The notes: a model not told the origin generated them from the sequence alone. A stretch of 64,000 nt of DNA from Octopus vulgaris (GCA_951406725.2 OX597838.1:8432001-8496000); one strand, 5' to 3'. Shown: positions 25,109 through 41,188, counted from the first letter of the stretch. Program-made: numbers and translations.

Positions 25109-26689
25109 ATGTTTCTTTATTAGCCACACAGGGCTGCACACAGATAGAACAAATTACAAGGTAGAGCTTTTCTTTTGAAGGTTTAAAAAAAAAAAAAAAA
25201 AAAAAAGGAAGGGGGAGTTTCGATCAAAAGGGATCGTAAAAGGAGAGATAGAGGACAAAAAAAGGGGGTTAAAAAAAGGGGGGAGAAAAAAAAATTGATC
25301 AATAGGGATCGTTATCACAGAAATGTCAATATGAAGTGTAAAGGGGAGGACAGGTGAGGTTTACCCGTGGAAAGAAAAGCCTACGGAAAAGACCACGGTA
25401 ACCTCGGTCAATGATGTCACATTTTATATTTCTTTTTTTTTTTTTTTTTTTGCAAATAAGCAACTCTCTGTTTTCGATTTCTGGGTTCATAGGACTATGC
25501 TCAAGGTGGCTTCGTCATTCATACGTGCCATTCTTGCTACATTCACCCATCTTTTTTTAAAACATTCGCTAGACAAAACTTGCCTCTCTACTCTCACTTT
25601 CCTTTTCAAGTGGTACTTGAAGAAGTTGATGAGAGATTGACCAGAGAGGTAAAGTGTTTGTCTCCAATCCTTTCAGACGCGTCCACCAGATACATTCTTT
25701 CGCCATAGCCACAAGGATGATGAAAATAGCTCTTCCTTCCCGTTTGAAGGAAGGAGGCGTGACAATATTGACGATAGACTCAGCTGATAAACCGACTCGT
25801 CCCACACGTGACAGCAGTTGTTCGACATAAGCCCACAGGTCGGAAATTGTTGGACACTGAACGAGTGCGTGCAGAACGGTTTCGTCGCTCTGACCGCATC
25901 TCGGGCAGGTCGGCCCCGTGTTTCTCGAGCCGTGTCTGTAGAGCTTATCCCGAACGGGTAGCGCTTCTCGGTAGCACTGCCAGGCCAGGGATCTCTGGAA
26001 GTTGTCCATGGGCCCTGGCCCGAAAGTCGTCCTGAACAGGCGGGTCAGGTACTCCTCGTCGACGTCCAGGTTCGCCCCGAGCTCGTCGTCGTACCTCCCC
26101 TCCACTAAACCCCTATAGAATGCTTTGGTTGTGTTGAAGTCACTTAAGGTCGACCCAGGACGGCAGAGTTGCTTGAGAGCAACGCGACACTCGCGGTGCC
26201 ATTCGCCCTTCCTCGGCCTCTTTTTGATCCACGACTGCAGTTCGGTCATGGAGACGAGCTGCGGGAAAGCGTGCCTCACAAACGGCGACCACACCTGTTC
26301 ACCGTCGTCTACATAGAGCCAGAGATGCCGCAGTCTCAGCGCGTGTCTTCGCATCATCAACCACGGCATGCCCAGCCCTCCTTTTAACGGGTGTTGACAG
26401 CAAATGGATCGCCTGACCATCGGGACGCATCCTTTCCACAAGAAGCGAAAGAGGATGCGTTGTAGTTTGGTGATGGTAGGGTCGGGACAAGGTACGACGG
26501 TCAGGCGGTAGTAGATGACGGACGCGATGTACGTGTTCGCCACCTCCGCTCGACCTTTTAGGGACAGTTTCCTCTCGGCCCATTGCCGGGCGAGAGTGAC
26601 CACCCTACTCGTTATCTCGTTCCAGTTCTTCTCCACTTGGAGGTCCGGACCAAACCAGACCCCGAGCAACTCAACCGGGCCGTCGGTCA
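25109..26689 (-). mobile_element. Young 5'-truncated Tx1/L1-clade LINE (RT C-terminus, zf-RVT/CCHC region, 3' UTR) inserted in (GATA)n
   Basis: ELLGVWFG...W..RKLSLKGRAEVAN...FRFLWKG...KGGLGMP...LPVRDKL...CPRCGQSDETVLHALVQC; open from 26688 to about 25650, where one frameshift leads to a stop at 25487; 3' end AATAAAGAAAC then (ATCT)n; (GATA)n on both sides. Confidence 0.93.
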
Positions 26690-26718
26690 GATAGATAGAT
26701 AGATAGATAGATAGATAT

Positions 26719-26768
<50 letters not shown>

Positions 26769-26780
26769 GATGGATAGATG

Positions 26781-26839
<59 letters not shown>

Positions 26840-27130
26840 GGATGGATAGATGGATAGATAGATAGATAGATGGATGGATAGATAGATAGATAGATAGATA
26901 GATGGATGGATGGATGGATGGATGGATGGATGGATGGATAGATAGATAGATATGTAAGCATATATATGTGTATGTATATATATATATATATGCACGTACG
27001 CGCATATACATACACCTACATGTATAAAAAATACACACACACACACACACACACATCTATGTATTATACACTCGCATGTGGTGGTTGTTGTGTATATGAG
27101 TGTTTCTATCTGCGTATATGAATATGTGTG

Positions 27131-27227
<97 letters not shown>

Positions 27228-27388
27228 TTCGTCTTTCTCGTTCTTCGTTGCGTTTTATCCAAGTCCCTACTGAGCAGAATCTAATGCTTTAATGCTTGTA
27301 AATATGTTTGTACGTGTGTGAGTATAATTACTGCAACATGCATATATACACATATACATACAAGCATATATATATATATATAATCCTT

Positions 27389-27576
27389 CGCCATGATCGA
27401 TCTCTAGCCACTAAACACAATCTTTTCTCTCCTTGTTTCTTTCTGTGTTCCTTTCTGTAGAAGAGCGTAGGTTCGAAACGTTAAAGACTTTTTTCAGTTC
27501 CCGAGCGTTATACTAATACATCTGTTTGTTTTCTACACCACCTGTCTTCGTCTTTTGTTCTTTTCGTGAATTCTCC

Positions 27577-27580
<4 letters not shown>
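27389..27580 (+). mobile_element. Hammerhead-bearing short element H1, copy 2
   Basis: 27451-27486: cttt-CTGTAGA-A-GAGC-gtag-GTTC-GAAA-CG-TT-aaag; (TA)n flanks. Confidence 0.8.
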
Positions 27581-27656
<76 letters not shown>

Positions 27657-27741
27657 ATTAATAAATAAAATAAAACATATGCATATATATAAACATACAT
27701 GTACGTACCTACCTCTACATGTACATATACACGCATATATA

Positions 27742-27970
27742 AGTACAGGACACCAAAAGGACGTCGAACACAATGAGAAAACGAAAACATCGACACAAAC
27801 CAAAGGAACTGGACATTTTTTTAAAAACAGCAAAAAAGAAGAGTACAGGACAATTAACACAAAGAAAAAAACCCTTCTTCAGTCGCTATGGTTTCATCTA
27901 CTCTACGTTTCGAAGGATAAAAGCGAGACGTATCTTCGACAAGAAACTTTCCTTCCTGCGAAAAGCAAAT
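27742..27970 (-). mobile_element. Short microsatellite-embedded element with a degenerate hammerhead-like motif
   Basis: Minus strand 27901-27945: TTGTCGA-A-GAT...ATCCTTC-GAAA-CG-TA; stems imperfect. Confidence 0.45.
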
Positions 27971-27987
27971 GTATGTATGTATGTATG

Positions 27988-28082
<95 letters not shown>

Positions 28083-28277
28083 ATGAACAAACGCGCACAT
28101 AAATTCACACACGTGAATTTCGTGTCCCATCACAAATGCACCATTTAATCGCATTTCTGCTTACGAAAAGCCCGGCACAGTCCCTTGTGCTTGTTTACAC
28201 ATTCTTGCCTTAAGTTCATCTTTGGTGTTACAAGGAGTTTTGTTGGCCTCTCTCCCACACATAATAATCAAGGGTGT

Positions 28278-28381
28278 TCGACCTCGGCGGAACTTGAACT
28301 CAGAACGTAGCGGCAGACGAAATACCGCTAACCAATTTGGCCGGCGTACTAACGATTCTGCCAGCTCGCCACCTAGATGAT

Positions 28382-28423
<42 letters not shown>

Positions 28424-28436
28424 AATAATAATAATG

Positions 28437-28499
<63 letters not shown>

Positions 28500-28577
28500 T
28501 ACCGGCGGAGTTTGAACTGAGATGTGTAAAGACGGACGAAAAAACTGCAAAGCATTTTATCCAGCGTGCTAGCGATT
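28278..28577 (-). mobile_element. Two SINE family B 5' fragments separated by (AAC)/(AAT)n
   Basis: 28278-28373 and 28497-28577 match the family B head. Confidence 0.8.
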
Positions 28578-28578
28578 C

Positions 28579-28621
<43 letters not shown>

Positions 28622-28661
28622 CTCGCAGCAATCATCATCATCATCATCATCATCATCAGCG

Positions 28662-28730
<69 letters not shown>

Positions 28731-29136
28731 AGAAGAAGAACAACAACAACAACAACAACAAAAAGAAGAAGAAGGTCGTAATATTTCGTATTAGCACCAT
28801 AATTATTATTATTTTTTTTTTCGTTCTTAAATTCTTCAAACTGCCGCAAGAATTTCATAACAGTAAAAAAAATGTACGTCATCCGGAAGTAGGATCAAGT
28901 TTTCGCACATACGGGGGCGAAAAAAAAAATAATGATAATATGGTTGCCTTTCATAACTCTAAAACAAAAAGCGCAGCAGAACCTCGAAAACAATCGTTAT
29001 CGGCTTCATTTGTCACGTGGAAAGTGGGCTGCAAGCTGGTGTCCCTATAAAAAATTTATACGGTCATCAGCTCTAACTAGATTTATTATCTAAATAATTT
29101 CATTTAGACACCTCGTAAAAGGCTCCACGTGTGTGC

Positions 29137-29218
<82 letters not shown>

Positions 29219-29550
29219 TTCATTTAGATGTCAATTTAATAAACGGACAAGTCATCTAAACGATACGCTGACCCAATAAATAATTCATCCGTCTCTCCAA
29301 ATCGATGCAGATTTATACGTATATGCACGTGGGTATTTATGTATGTATGTATGTATGTATGTATGTATGTATATATGTATGTATGTATGTGTGTGTATGT
29401 ATGTATGCATGTATGTATGTATGTATGTATGTATGTATGTAGGTATGTATGAATGTGTGTGTATGCATGTATGTGTGTGTGTGTGTGTGTGTGTATGATA
29501 GAAAATAGATACATGAACATATATGCAAAGTTAGATAGATGTATATAAAC

Positions 29551-29596
<46 letters not shown>

Positions 29597-30113
29597 GTAC
29601 ATACATGCATATGTACATACCTATACACAAATATATATATACATATACACGAACATATATACATTTGTATTTATACATACGTACGCACGTATGAGCAAAC
29701 ATATGGATGTATATATATTCTTTTATTCTTTTACTTGTTTCAGTCATTTGACTGCAGCCATGCTGGAGCACCGATACACACACACATACATACATACACA
29801 CATACATACACACACTCACATACACACACACACTCATATATATATATATAGCTGTAGCTATAGATATAGATAGATAGATACATACATACATACATACATA
29901 TACACATAAATAAATATATGGACACATACACACATACATACATATTTACATATATGCACACACATACATATTTGCATACATGCATATACAATTATACATG
30001 CATGTCTATATGCATATATATATAAACACGTGTATATTTATATCTACGCATATACATACAGATACATGCAACTGAATAACGCACTCACGCCACATATATG
30101 TTTGCAATGTATG

Positions 30114-30255
<142 letters not shown>

Positions 30256-30517
30256 ACCTGGTGATAATAACTCAGTCCCTCCTATTATTAATTATTGACC
30301 TTATATAAATATTTCAGCCAATTTTCATCCCATCTCTATCTCCATCTTCACATCTTCACACATTTTTTACACAAAAATGCAAGAAAGTCTGCATTTGGCA
30401 TTAGCCAGAGGCAACACAATCTGTCTTTCCTATCTCATCCTCCTCTCCCTCACACACTCACTTTCTCTCCCTCTCTCACTTCTTCTCTCCTGATATATAT
30501 ATATACACATATAAATA

Positions 30518-30595
<78 letters not shown>

Positions 30596-31321
30596 CGTGA
30601 TTACCGCGACCGACCAGGCTGCCAGATGGTCACAATGCGCCTCGCATTGTTTTAGCCTTTAAACGACGCTAAGCAAGCAGGCCTACAGAAGAAAGAGTGA
30701 GAGAAAGTTGTTCAGACACAAACAGCAAGAGCCAAGTCATTTCAGCTTCGATGATTCTGCGCAGTAGTCTATACAGGAGCCTGCTTGATTACAGCACTAT
30801 TCAGGCCTGAAACTTGAAGTAGCTCACGTATGACTCATGCATTCGTTAAAATACGCATGTAAATATATATGTGTGTGTGTGTGTGTGTTTGTATGTATTT
30901 CTCACTCTCTCTCTCTCTCTCTCTCTCTCCTATATACTCTATGTGCGCATGTATATATATATATATACGCACATAGAGTTCATGCATACATACATATAAA
31001 ATGTGGGTCGAGCCAGTTTCTTGCTAATGGCCCAGGATCTCCAGACAGGCCATGACATAAGTGGCCTGAAGATCTGGTGTTGGTAGTAGTGGTAGCTGTG
31101 TTAGTACAGACTTAGTGTTGGCGGATGTAGTGAGGGGCTTAATTTTGGTAGTGGTGGTGGCGGCGGCGGCGGTGGCGGTAGCGGAGGCAGTGATGGTGAT
31201 GGTGTTGGCGATGATGGTACTGGTGTTGCTGGTGGAAGTGGTGGTAGTACATATATATGTATATGTGTGTGTGTGTATGTATATATACATATATATATGT
31301 ATATATACATATATATATATG

Positions 31322-31365
<44 letters not shown>

Positions 31366-31440
31366 TACGAACTTCATCTACACGCACTACGGTAACGATA
31401 TATATTGATTTTGTGTTTATTTGTAATGGTGTATTTCCCT

Positions 31441-31496
<56 letters not shown>

Positions 31497-31582
31497 CATT
31501 ATTATATAAATACAATCTACTGTCTTATATATGTGTAAGACTCCCTGCCAACTATCGATACGCACTCAAACATTTACACACA

Positions 31583-31633
<51 letters not shown>

Positions 31634-31738
31634 TGTGTGTGTGTGTGTGTGTATACATATGTACGTACGTGTATACACATGTGTATAAGTGTGCGTAGGT
31701 TTTTATATATGTGAGTGTGTGTATACAAATATACATAT

Positions 31739-31799
<61 letters not shown>

Positions 31800-32478
31800 A
31801 GAAGCACGATTTTCACGAAGGAGAGTGTGAGGGGAGAGCACTCTTATTCCTTTATTAAATTAGCTGGCGGTATGGATGAAATTTAAATTGATTGTGGTTC
31901 AGAGATGACTGGAGAAGGAAAGAGCGGAGCGACAGACAGACAGACAAAGACACAGAGACAGAGAGAGAGAGGGGGAACAATGTCGGACAGAGAGAGAGAG
32001 AGAAAGAAACATATGAGTGATAAATAAGAGAGAGAGAAAGGGAAATAGATAATGAGGGGAAAGATAATATGTGAAAGAGAAAGAAAGCTAGACGGAGCTG
32101 ATGGCTGGCATACACACCTTAAACGCACAGACTCACACAAGGTCCGATAAACACACATATATACGTGTGTGTGTGTGTGTGCATCCTTCGTCAGAAGCGT
32201 ATCAAATGAAAGATATTGCACAGAGCCGTCTCCAGTAGCGTATCAAATGGAAAACATCTTTTAACTTGGCTTTAAGAACGCTGATCGGATTAGGCAGGCT
32301 TAAATTGATTTCGGGTAACATGGATGTGTGATTTTTCGTGACGGCTACTGAAAACTTCGTTAATGTGTAATGTATATACGAAAAGATATATATATAAGTG
32401 TGTATGCAGGAGTGTGTACATAAATAATATATATACATATAAATATGTACACACACACACACACTTATATATATATAA

Positions 32479-32515
<37 letters not shown>

Positions 32516-32685
32516 CATACACACAAACTCATATATATATAGGTAGATAGATATATAGATAGATATACATATATATATACATACATATATACATATATTC
32601 ATATACATATATGTATATATTTATATGTATATATATGCACATAGATACGTATGCATATATATACGTATATGATAGATAAATAGAC

Positions 32686-32748
<63 letters not shown>

Positions 32749-32762
32749 CAGATAGATAGAAG

Positions 32763-32848
<86 letters not shown>

Positions 32849-33384
32849 AAGACAGACAGATAAATAGATAGATATGTAGAGAGAGAGAGAGAGAGAGAGA
32901 GAAAGTGAGAGTGAGTGAGAGAGAGAGGGTGAGAGAGGTTAGGTGCTCTACACACCAAGATACACGTGTACAAGATATATGCTGGCTTGGTGGTAGTGTG
33001 GTTTAAAAGTTCGCTCCGCAAATATGTGCTTCCAAGGTTCAATCCCATTGTACGGGACCTTAGAAAGCAGGAACCTTTGTGGGAATTCGTCCTGTAAATA
33101 CAGACGTGTACAAGTGCGTAATATGTTTGTGTGAGTACCTGTGTGTATGTATGCGTGTGTTTGCGTATCTTTGTGTTTCACCCCCAGAGTTCGATTCCCG
33201 GACAGGGCTGTGTGTTGTGTTCTTGAGCAAGACACTTTAATTCACGTTGCTCCAGTTCACTCAGCTGTAGAAATGAGTTGTAACGTCACTTTGTGTTTGC
33301 CCCCAGCTAACTAGACAACCCCAATAATAAAGGGATTAAATAATCAAATTCATTATCTTACAGGTGTTTCTGCTATGAAAAAAC

Positions 33385-33565
33385 AGTGCACTCAGAGCCG
33401 AGTGCTTGTGCATCACCTTACAACTTCTTCAGAGCTTCTAAAATGAAATGCAACTTTTATTTGGGAAAACATTGAGATAAATGGAAAAGATCACCGGCAA
33501 AAATATCAACAGACATTTAAAATGGAGAATAAAGTCTGAAGGACAGAAGCCACTTCGAGAAATAT
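33385..33565 (+). pseudogene. Degenerate Tc1/mariner-superfamily transposase C-terminus
   Basis: Frameshifted peptides SEPSACASPYN, FIWENI, RHLKWRIKSEG and HFE follow the LE.KACA.PH ... W..I ... RL...I.A.GGHFE pattern. Confidence 0.45.
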
Positions 33566-33635
33566 GTAGATTTAGATAATTTTGTTTGTGTATATACAGG
33601 GTGGCATGACCTACCCCCAATTCTATTAGTCTTTC

Positions 33636-33836
33636 TGTTACCTGTTTCAGCCATTTGATTGCGGCCATTCTGGAGCACCGCCTTTAGTCGAACAAATTGA
33701 CTCCAGGACTTATTCTTTGCAAGCCTAGTACTTATTCTATCGGCTTCTTTTGCCGAACGGCTAAGTTACTGTGACTTAAACACACCAACATCTGTTGTCA
33801 AGCGATAGTGGGGGGACAAACACAGACGCACAAACA
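33636..33836 (-). mobile_element. SINE family A 3' half
   Basis: Matches the family A tail. Confidence 0.85.
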
Positions 33837-33838
33837 TA

Positions 33839-34415
<577 letters not shown>

Positions 34416-34439
34416 AATTCCACCCAGAAATCGGCCGAG

Positions 34440-35015
34440 ACACAACCATCGTTGTACCTTGTCTCAGTTTACGTCTGACTAAACAGAAGTCGCTACTCCT
34501 CTGTGAAAGGGACGCGTTCCGCTGGTGAGGCGCTCCATTTCTTGTCAGCACCCGCTCACAGTCCTCTGTCAGTCGGGAAATGCTGTTGGTGGAGGTTCCA
34601 CTTTGGCGTTCTATAGAAGACTAGTGGCGAGCAAGTGTGATGACGTTCTTGGAGTGACCCCTGGTCGTCGACGTGAATGAACTGGCTGATCTGTTCTGAA
34701 AGACATTTGAATCGGGGCCCAGGGATTATTTCTGTAAATCTTTGGCTTTCCAGTGCTACCAGACAGCATTGTCAGTTCAGGATAAACTCAACATGCATAG
34801 AAGTACCGTCAGCCGGTCTTGCTCGAGATGTGCGCAGAGAGATGAAACTGTTCTGCACGCTCTCGTCCAGTGTCGAAACACTGCTGACTTCTGGGTTAAT
34901 GTCGAATACATGCTTTTACGTGTAGAAAGGATCCGGCTATCAGCTGAGTCTATTGTGTAGATCCTGGTACCTCCTTCATTTGGTCGGGAAGGGCAAGCAG
35001 TGTTTATTTATCTGG
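34440..35015 (+). pseudogene. Old, internally deleted copy of the Tx1/L1-clade LINE
   Basis: VPLVRRSISCQHPL and AFQCYQTALSVQDKL...CSRCAQRDETVLHALVQC...RLSAESIV align with the protein at 25569-26688; several stops and frameshifts. Confidence 0.88.
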
Positions 35016-35124
35016 TACTCTAGGTAAAAGATTTTCGTCTTTCATTCTGACTTTAAACTCCGCATGTGAGTGTGAGAGAAAGAGAGAGAGAGAAAGAGAG
35101 AGAGTGAAAGATAGAGAGAAAGAC

Positions 35125-35226
<102 letters not shown>

Positions 35227-35249
35227 CGTGCGCGTGTGTGTATGTGCGT

Positions 35250-35459
35250 ATGTGTGTGTCTGTGTTTCTCCCCCAACATCGCTTCACAACTGACGTTGGT
35301 GTATTCACATCCCCGGCAAAAGCGACCGATAGAATAAGTACTAGTCTTACAAAGAATAAGTTCTGGGGTCGATTTACACGACTAAAAGCGGTGCACCAGC
35401 ATGGTCGCAGTCAAAATGACTTAAACAAGTAAAAGAATAAAAGAATAAAAGAATAAAAA
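35250..35459 (+). mobile_element. SINE family A 3' half
   Basis: GACCGATAGAATAAGTACTAG...CCAGCATGG...(AAAGAATA)n. Confidence 0.85.
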
Positions 35460-35562
35460 TCCATCTATATAGGTTGGAATCACAGGAAACTCATAAACTC
35501 ATAAATTTTTCACAAAGCGAACTACATCATATAAGCACATAGATCATAAGTCACAACGAAAT

Positions 35563-35663
<101 letters not shown>

Positions 35664-35691
35664 AGACAGACATACAGACAGACAGACAGAC

Positions 35692-35735
<44 letters not shown>

Positions 35736-35740
35736 GGATG

Positions 35741-35862
<122 letters not shown>

Positions 35863-35883
35863 TAGATAGACAGACAGACAGAC

Positions 35884-35943
<60 letters not shown>

Positions 35944-36135
35944 GGATAGATGGATAGATATTGTTTTTATATACACAGCTATTCTCAATATACATAACTA
36001 TATTGTGTTTAACTTCATAAATTCGTAAAATCTATCTCGGTTTGGTTAACTTCGTAAAGTCATTCACATATTTACATGTGCGCATTAGATATACTACCAT
36101 ACGCACACAATTAGATTAGGGGTGTGGTGTGTGTG

Positions 36136-36168
<33 letters not shown>

Positions 36169-36301
36169 TAAAATGCGTATTATATACGTATACACATAAT
36201 ATACAGGGACTAATACATATGTATGTATAATTGCGTAGGAAGTTAGAGCCAGAGTGATAGTTGTGCACATACATACATACATATATATATATATATACAT
36301 A

Positions 36302-36372
<71 letters not shown>

Positions 36373-36429
36373 ATACATATATACATATATATATACACAT
36401 ATATATATATATATACATAAACAAATATA

Positions 36430-36518
<89 letters not shown>

Positions 36519-36616
36519 GTGTGTGTATATATATACCTGTATATACGAGTGCACATATATGGATACATTTTTACACATGCAGCACAGATATATACCTATC
36601 ACAACATTCATGCAAG

Positions 36617-36656
<40 letters not shown>

Positions 36657-36862
36657 CATACATACAAACACACACATACACGCACATACACACACACACA
36701 CTTGCCCACAAATCCCGTATATGTACCTACATATACATATAAACACACACGTACAAACACACATAAACCCATATATTTATATGTGTGTGTGTGTGTGCGT
36801 GTGTGAACACACATAACCTTCATATACGCATATGCATATATGCATATATATATATACAGCGA

Positions 36863-36893
<31 letters not shown>

Positions 36894-37296
36894 CACACAC
36901 ACACACACTAACACTCACTCCTAAGCCACCGCGTAACCCTCCACCTCATTCAGCCTTTTATCATTCGCGGCTTCTCAGACAAAATGGCGCGACGAGATGT
37001 GGTTTAATTTATCGAATTTACTATAATATAATTTCGTAAAATATATATGGATTTCCTTAGCACTCCACTTAACGCTATGTCGAAACATGACTACACAGTA
37101 ACCCCATCGCTACCGACATCGCTGCGCAGTTGCCTGCTTTTTACTTTAGGTTGTTAAAAGGCATTGCCAAGTCAGCGTTCATAACCACGTGTCAATTTAA
37201 TAGATGTTAGATATTAAGAGTAATAGTGTGACTTCGGGATACGTAGCATGTTACGGTAACGGCTACAATCTGCTTCATATGTGTGCGTGGGGGTGG

Positions 37297-37347
<51 letters not shown>

Positions 37348-37481
37348 TACATGTATATATATATGCATGTGTATATTTATATATATATATATGTATGTAT
37401 ATGTTTGTAAATAAGTAGATATTTATGTATACATATATACATACTTACCCATACACCTATATATAATATATACATAAATGC

Positions 37482-37512
<31 letters not shown>

Positions 37513-38183
37513 ACATATATATCATGCATAAAAAATATGTCTTATGCAAGCACACAGACACACACACACGCACGCTCACACACACATATACATCCGCACA
37601 CCATGACGCACACATGCGTGTGCACATACACAACGATGTGTGTATGTATGTACGTATATAAGTATATATGTATATATATATATGTGTGTGTGTCTATACA
37701 TGTATATCTATGTATATATTCACGCATGCACATACATATATCTCTTTATATACATACATACATACATACATACATACATACATACATACATACATACATA
37801 CATACGTACGTACGTACATGCATTTACATAAAAACACACATAATTACACTCATACATAGATATACATAGACATAGCCATTTGCAAAACATAATGATGCTT
37901 CCTTATTGGCCCCGTTGTCGTTTTGCTTGCTTGTTTTTAATGTCAGCTATGATATCGCAAGGAACAGGAGCACTGACGATAGTAATAGCATTACGTGACG
38001 CTTTGGCCATTGTGCAAGAAACGTTCAATTTATGCCTCAACGATATCTAAGTATTGACTTATTAGTCAATACAATAAGATACTAATGATGTCACCACTTT
38101 CAGCATACTGCCTGGTGTGTGATATACATAGAGGTCGGGTTTACTTCAATTAATCTCTAACACGTGGACAGCGAGCTGGCTGA

Positions 38184-38420
38184 AGGCGGCGAGCTGGCAG
38201 AAACATTAGCATGCCGGGTGCGAAATGTGTTGCCGTATTTCGTCTGCCGTTACGTTCTGAGTTCAAATTCCGCCGAGGTCGACTTTGTCTTCCATCCTTT
38301 CGGGGTCGATTAAATAAGTACCAGTTACGCACTGTGGTCGATATAATCGACTTAATCCGTTCGTCTGTCCTTGTTTGTCCTCTCTGTGTTTAGCCCCTTG
38401 TGGGTAATAAAGAAATAAGT
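38184..38420 (+). mobile_element. SINE family B, full length
   Basis: GGCGGCGAGCTGGCAGAA...TTAGCCCCTTGTGGGTAATAAAGAAATA. Confidence 0.92.
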
Positions 38421-38995
38421 AGAATGTTACAACAGCCCTAAGTTCGGATATGACTTTCACCTCTCTGTTCTCTCATCTACTGGTCAGAAGCTTTGACTTG
38501 ACTTCCTAACACGGTAGTTAATTGACCTTAATACATAGACGTAGCGAGAAGCTGACCAAATTTTCCTTACTCACTACGTCACTATTCGCAACCAATCAAT
38601 TTTTACGCTAACGAATAGCATTCTGAGCCACACATCCTTTCCATAAAAAATCAAACGATTTTTACAACAACGGACAGAAAATAAAAGACAATTTGTGACA
38701 CAGCTCCATATAGCATAAGCTTTTAAAAATTAACAACTGTGAAACCGGTTAAGTGTGTGTTAGCGTGTGCGTGTGCGCACCCCCGTGTCTATGTGCGTGT
38801 GTGTGTGAATACATATATATATATATATATATAAACTGTCCGACGAACGGGAACGTGAAACTCCGAGTAACAAGTTTTGTTGAATTTCTGCTGCTTTTAA
38901 ATAAACCATATTTCTCTACTCCTGGTATTTGAGTACTCTTTTTTCCACCTTGTTTCACATTTATGTGTTTACTCCGGTATATATATATATATATA

Positions 38996-39140
38996 GGGAG
39001 AGTTTACGAAAAAAACAAAAGACGAAGACAGGTGGTGTACAAAACAAACAAATGTATTAGTATAACGCTCAGGAATAGAAAAAGTCTTTTACGTTTCGAG
39101 CCTACGCTCTTCTACAGAAAGGGACACAAAAAAAACAAGG

Positions 39141-39147
<7 letters not shown>
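38996..39147 (-). mobile_element. Hammerhead-bearing short element H1, copy 3
   Basis: Minus strand 39086-39121: cttt-CTGTAGA-A-GAGC-gtag-GCTC-GAAA-CG-TA-aaag; (TA)n flanks. Confidence 0.8.
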
Positions 39148-39207
<60 letters not shown>

Positions 39208-39339
39208 CCTCTAGCATTATTTTCTATAATCCCACACAAAAATGTAAAAGAGGCCGGCAAGCTAACAAGAACACACTTTAATTTTACATCGCTACGTCCC
39301 CCTTTACAGGGGACGTTTGTTCTTGTCTCGCACAATCTC

Positions 39340-39697
39340 AGGTCCATCTTAGCAGCTTTGTAGGCTCCTAGACAAATCGATGCACAAATCCGTATGAAAT
39401 TTATTCATTGACAGCAAACTACAGAATGCACAAATCGGAAAGGGACCCCAAGAGCCGTAAGGCCTCGGGCAAATCAACAAACTAGGCCCAGTGAAATTTA
39501 TTCATTGACAGTAAGCCCGTTGAATGCACAAATCAGCAATGGACCCCAAGACCAGTAAGGCCCCCGGGCCACACTATGTCCTATAGTATATATTTACTGG
39601 CAGTAATCCACAACTTACAAAGATCAGAATTTGTGCTCCCAGACTCGTGAGGCCCCCGGCCAACAGCCCAGTGTGCCCACATCTTTAGACGGCGCTG
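39340..39697 (-). mobile_element. hAT-like MITE with ~100-bp internal subrepeats
   Basis: Termini CAGGTCCATCTT / TAGACGGCGCTG; GAAATTTATTCATTGACAG...GAATGCACAAATC...GGACCCCAAGA occurs twice; homologous to 1766-2212. Confidence 0.55.
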
Positions 39698-40482
39698 AGA
39701 TACCTGTTACCGCCCAAATAGACTGCGCTACATTTTGGTCAAGTTTTCGACTATAGCACACAAAAATCCATTACCAATACAGTGTAGCGATGTAGGATAT
39801 TGACACTTATCGCTGATAACCGAATATAAAAACATACAGACATTCCGAAGATATCACACGACGTTAGGACAACAAATGGCAATGCATTTATCACACTATG
39901 CAATATTGTTAGCGGTAATTTAATTTTGTATAACGATGTTATTTCTTCTGCTTATTTTTAGGTATCATTGGTGGTGGTCACGGGGTTAGTAGTAGTAGTA
40001 AAAGTAGTAGTAGTAGTAGTAGTGGGGGGGGGGGGTACCGGTGATGGTGGCGGCGGCGGTGGTGGTGGTGCTGGCGGTGGTGGTGATGCTGGCGGTGGTG
40101 GTGCTAGCGGTGGTGGTGATGCTGGCGGTGGTGGTGGTGGTGGTTGTGATGGTGGTGGTGGTGGCGACGGTGGCGGCGGCGGCGGCGGCTGTGGTGGTGG
40201 TGGTGGTGGTGGTGGTGGCGGCGGCGGCGTTTGTGGTGGTGCTGGTGCTGGCGACGGCAGCGGCGGCGGTGGTGGTGGTGGTGGTGGTGGTGGTGGTGGT
40301 GATGGTGGTGAAGCCGGTGTTGACGATGGGGATGGATGCTTAACGGCCAATGTCGTGACTTAACATGGAGAGAGAAGCCATTACTTCACGTGACTGCATG
40401 GTTCAACTGTCATCAAACATCGATTCAACCGTGACGACAATGTTATCAAGATTTACATCATAATCCGCCGACTGCATTAGTC

Positions 40483-40516
<34 letters not shown>

Positions 40517-40583
40517 TGTGTGTATGACGGTGTATTTACACATACATACACACACAAACATACAGACGCACACATTTATACGT

Positions 40584-40632
<49 letters not shown>

Positions 40633-40772
40633 GAGAGAAGAATGAGAGACAAAGGTAGAGAGAGAGAGAGAAACAGAGATAGATATATTGGGAGAAAGAG
40701 AGGGTAAGTAATAGAGACACACATATACACAGATTTACACACACACACACACACACATAAATACATATGTAT

Positions 40773-40922
40773 CTGTGTGGCAAGAAGCTATTTTCTCAAC
40801 CATATGGTTTCGGGTTCAGTCCTACTTCGTGGCACCTTGGGCAAGTGTCTTCTACTATAGCTTAGGGTCGACTATAGCCTTGTGAAAGGAAACTGGTAGA
40901 CGGAAACTGAAAGAAGCCCGTC

Positions 40923-40973
<51 letters not shown>

Positions 40974-40975
40974 CG

Positions 40976-41051
<76 letters not shown>

Positions 41052-41145
41052 TATATGCATACATACATATATATATATATATTTGCTCGAGTAAAGGCGG
41101 TGCTCCAGCATGGCCGCAGTCAAATGACTGAAACAAGTAAAAGAG

Positions 41146-41188
<43 letters not shown>

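Noticed and set aside
26690-27056. N-terminus of the 495-aa ORF
   Set aside because: Read-through of (ATCT)n and (TG)n; only 26688 and below is LINE protein.
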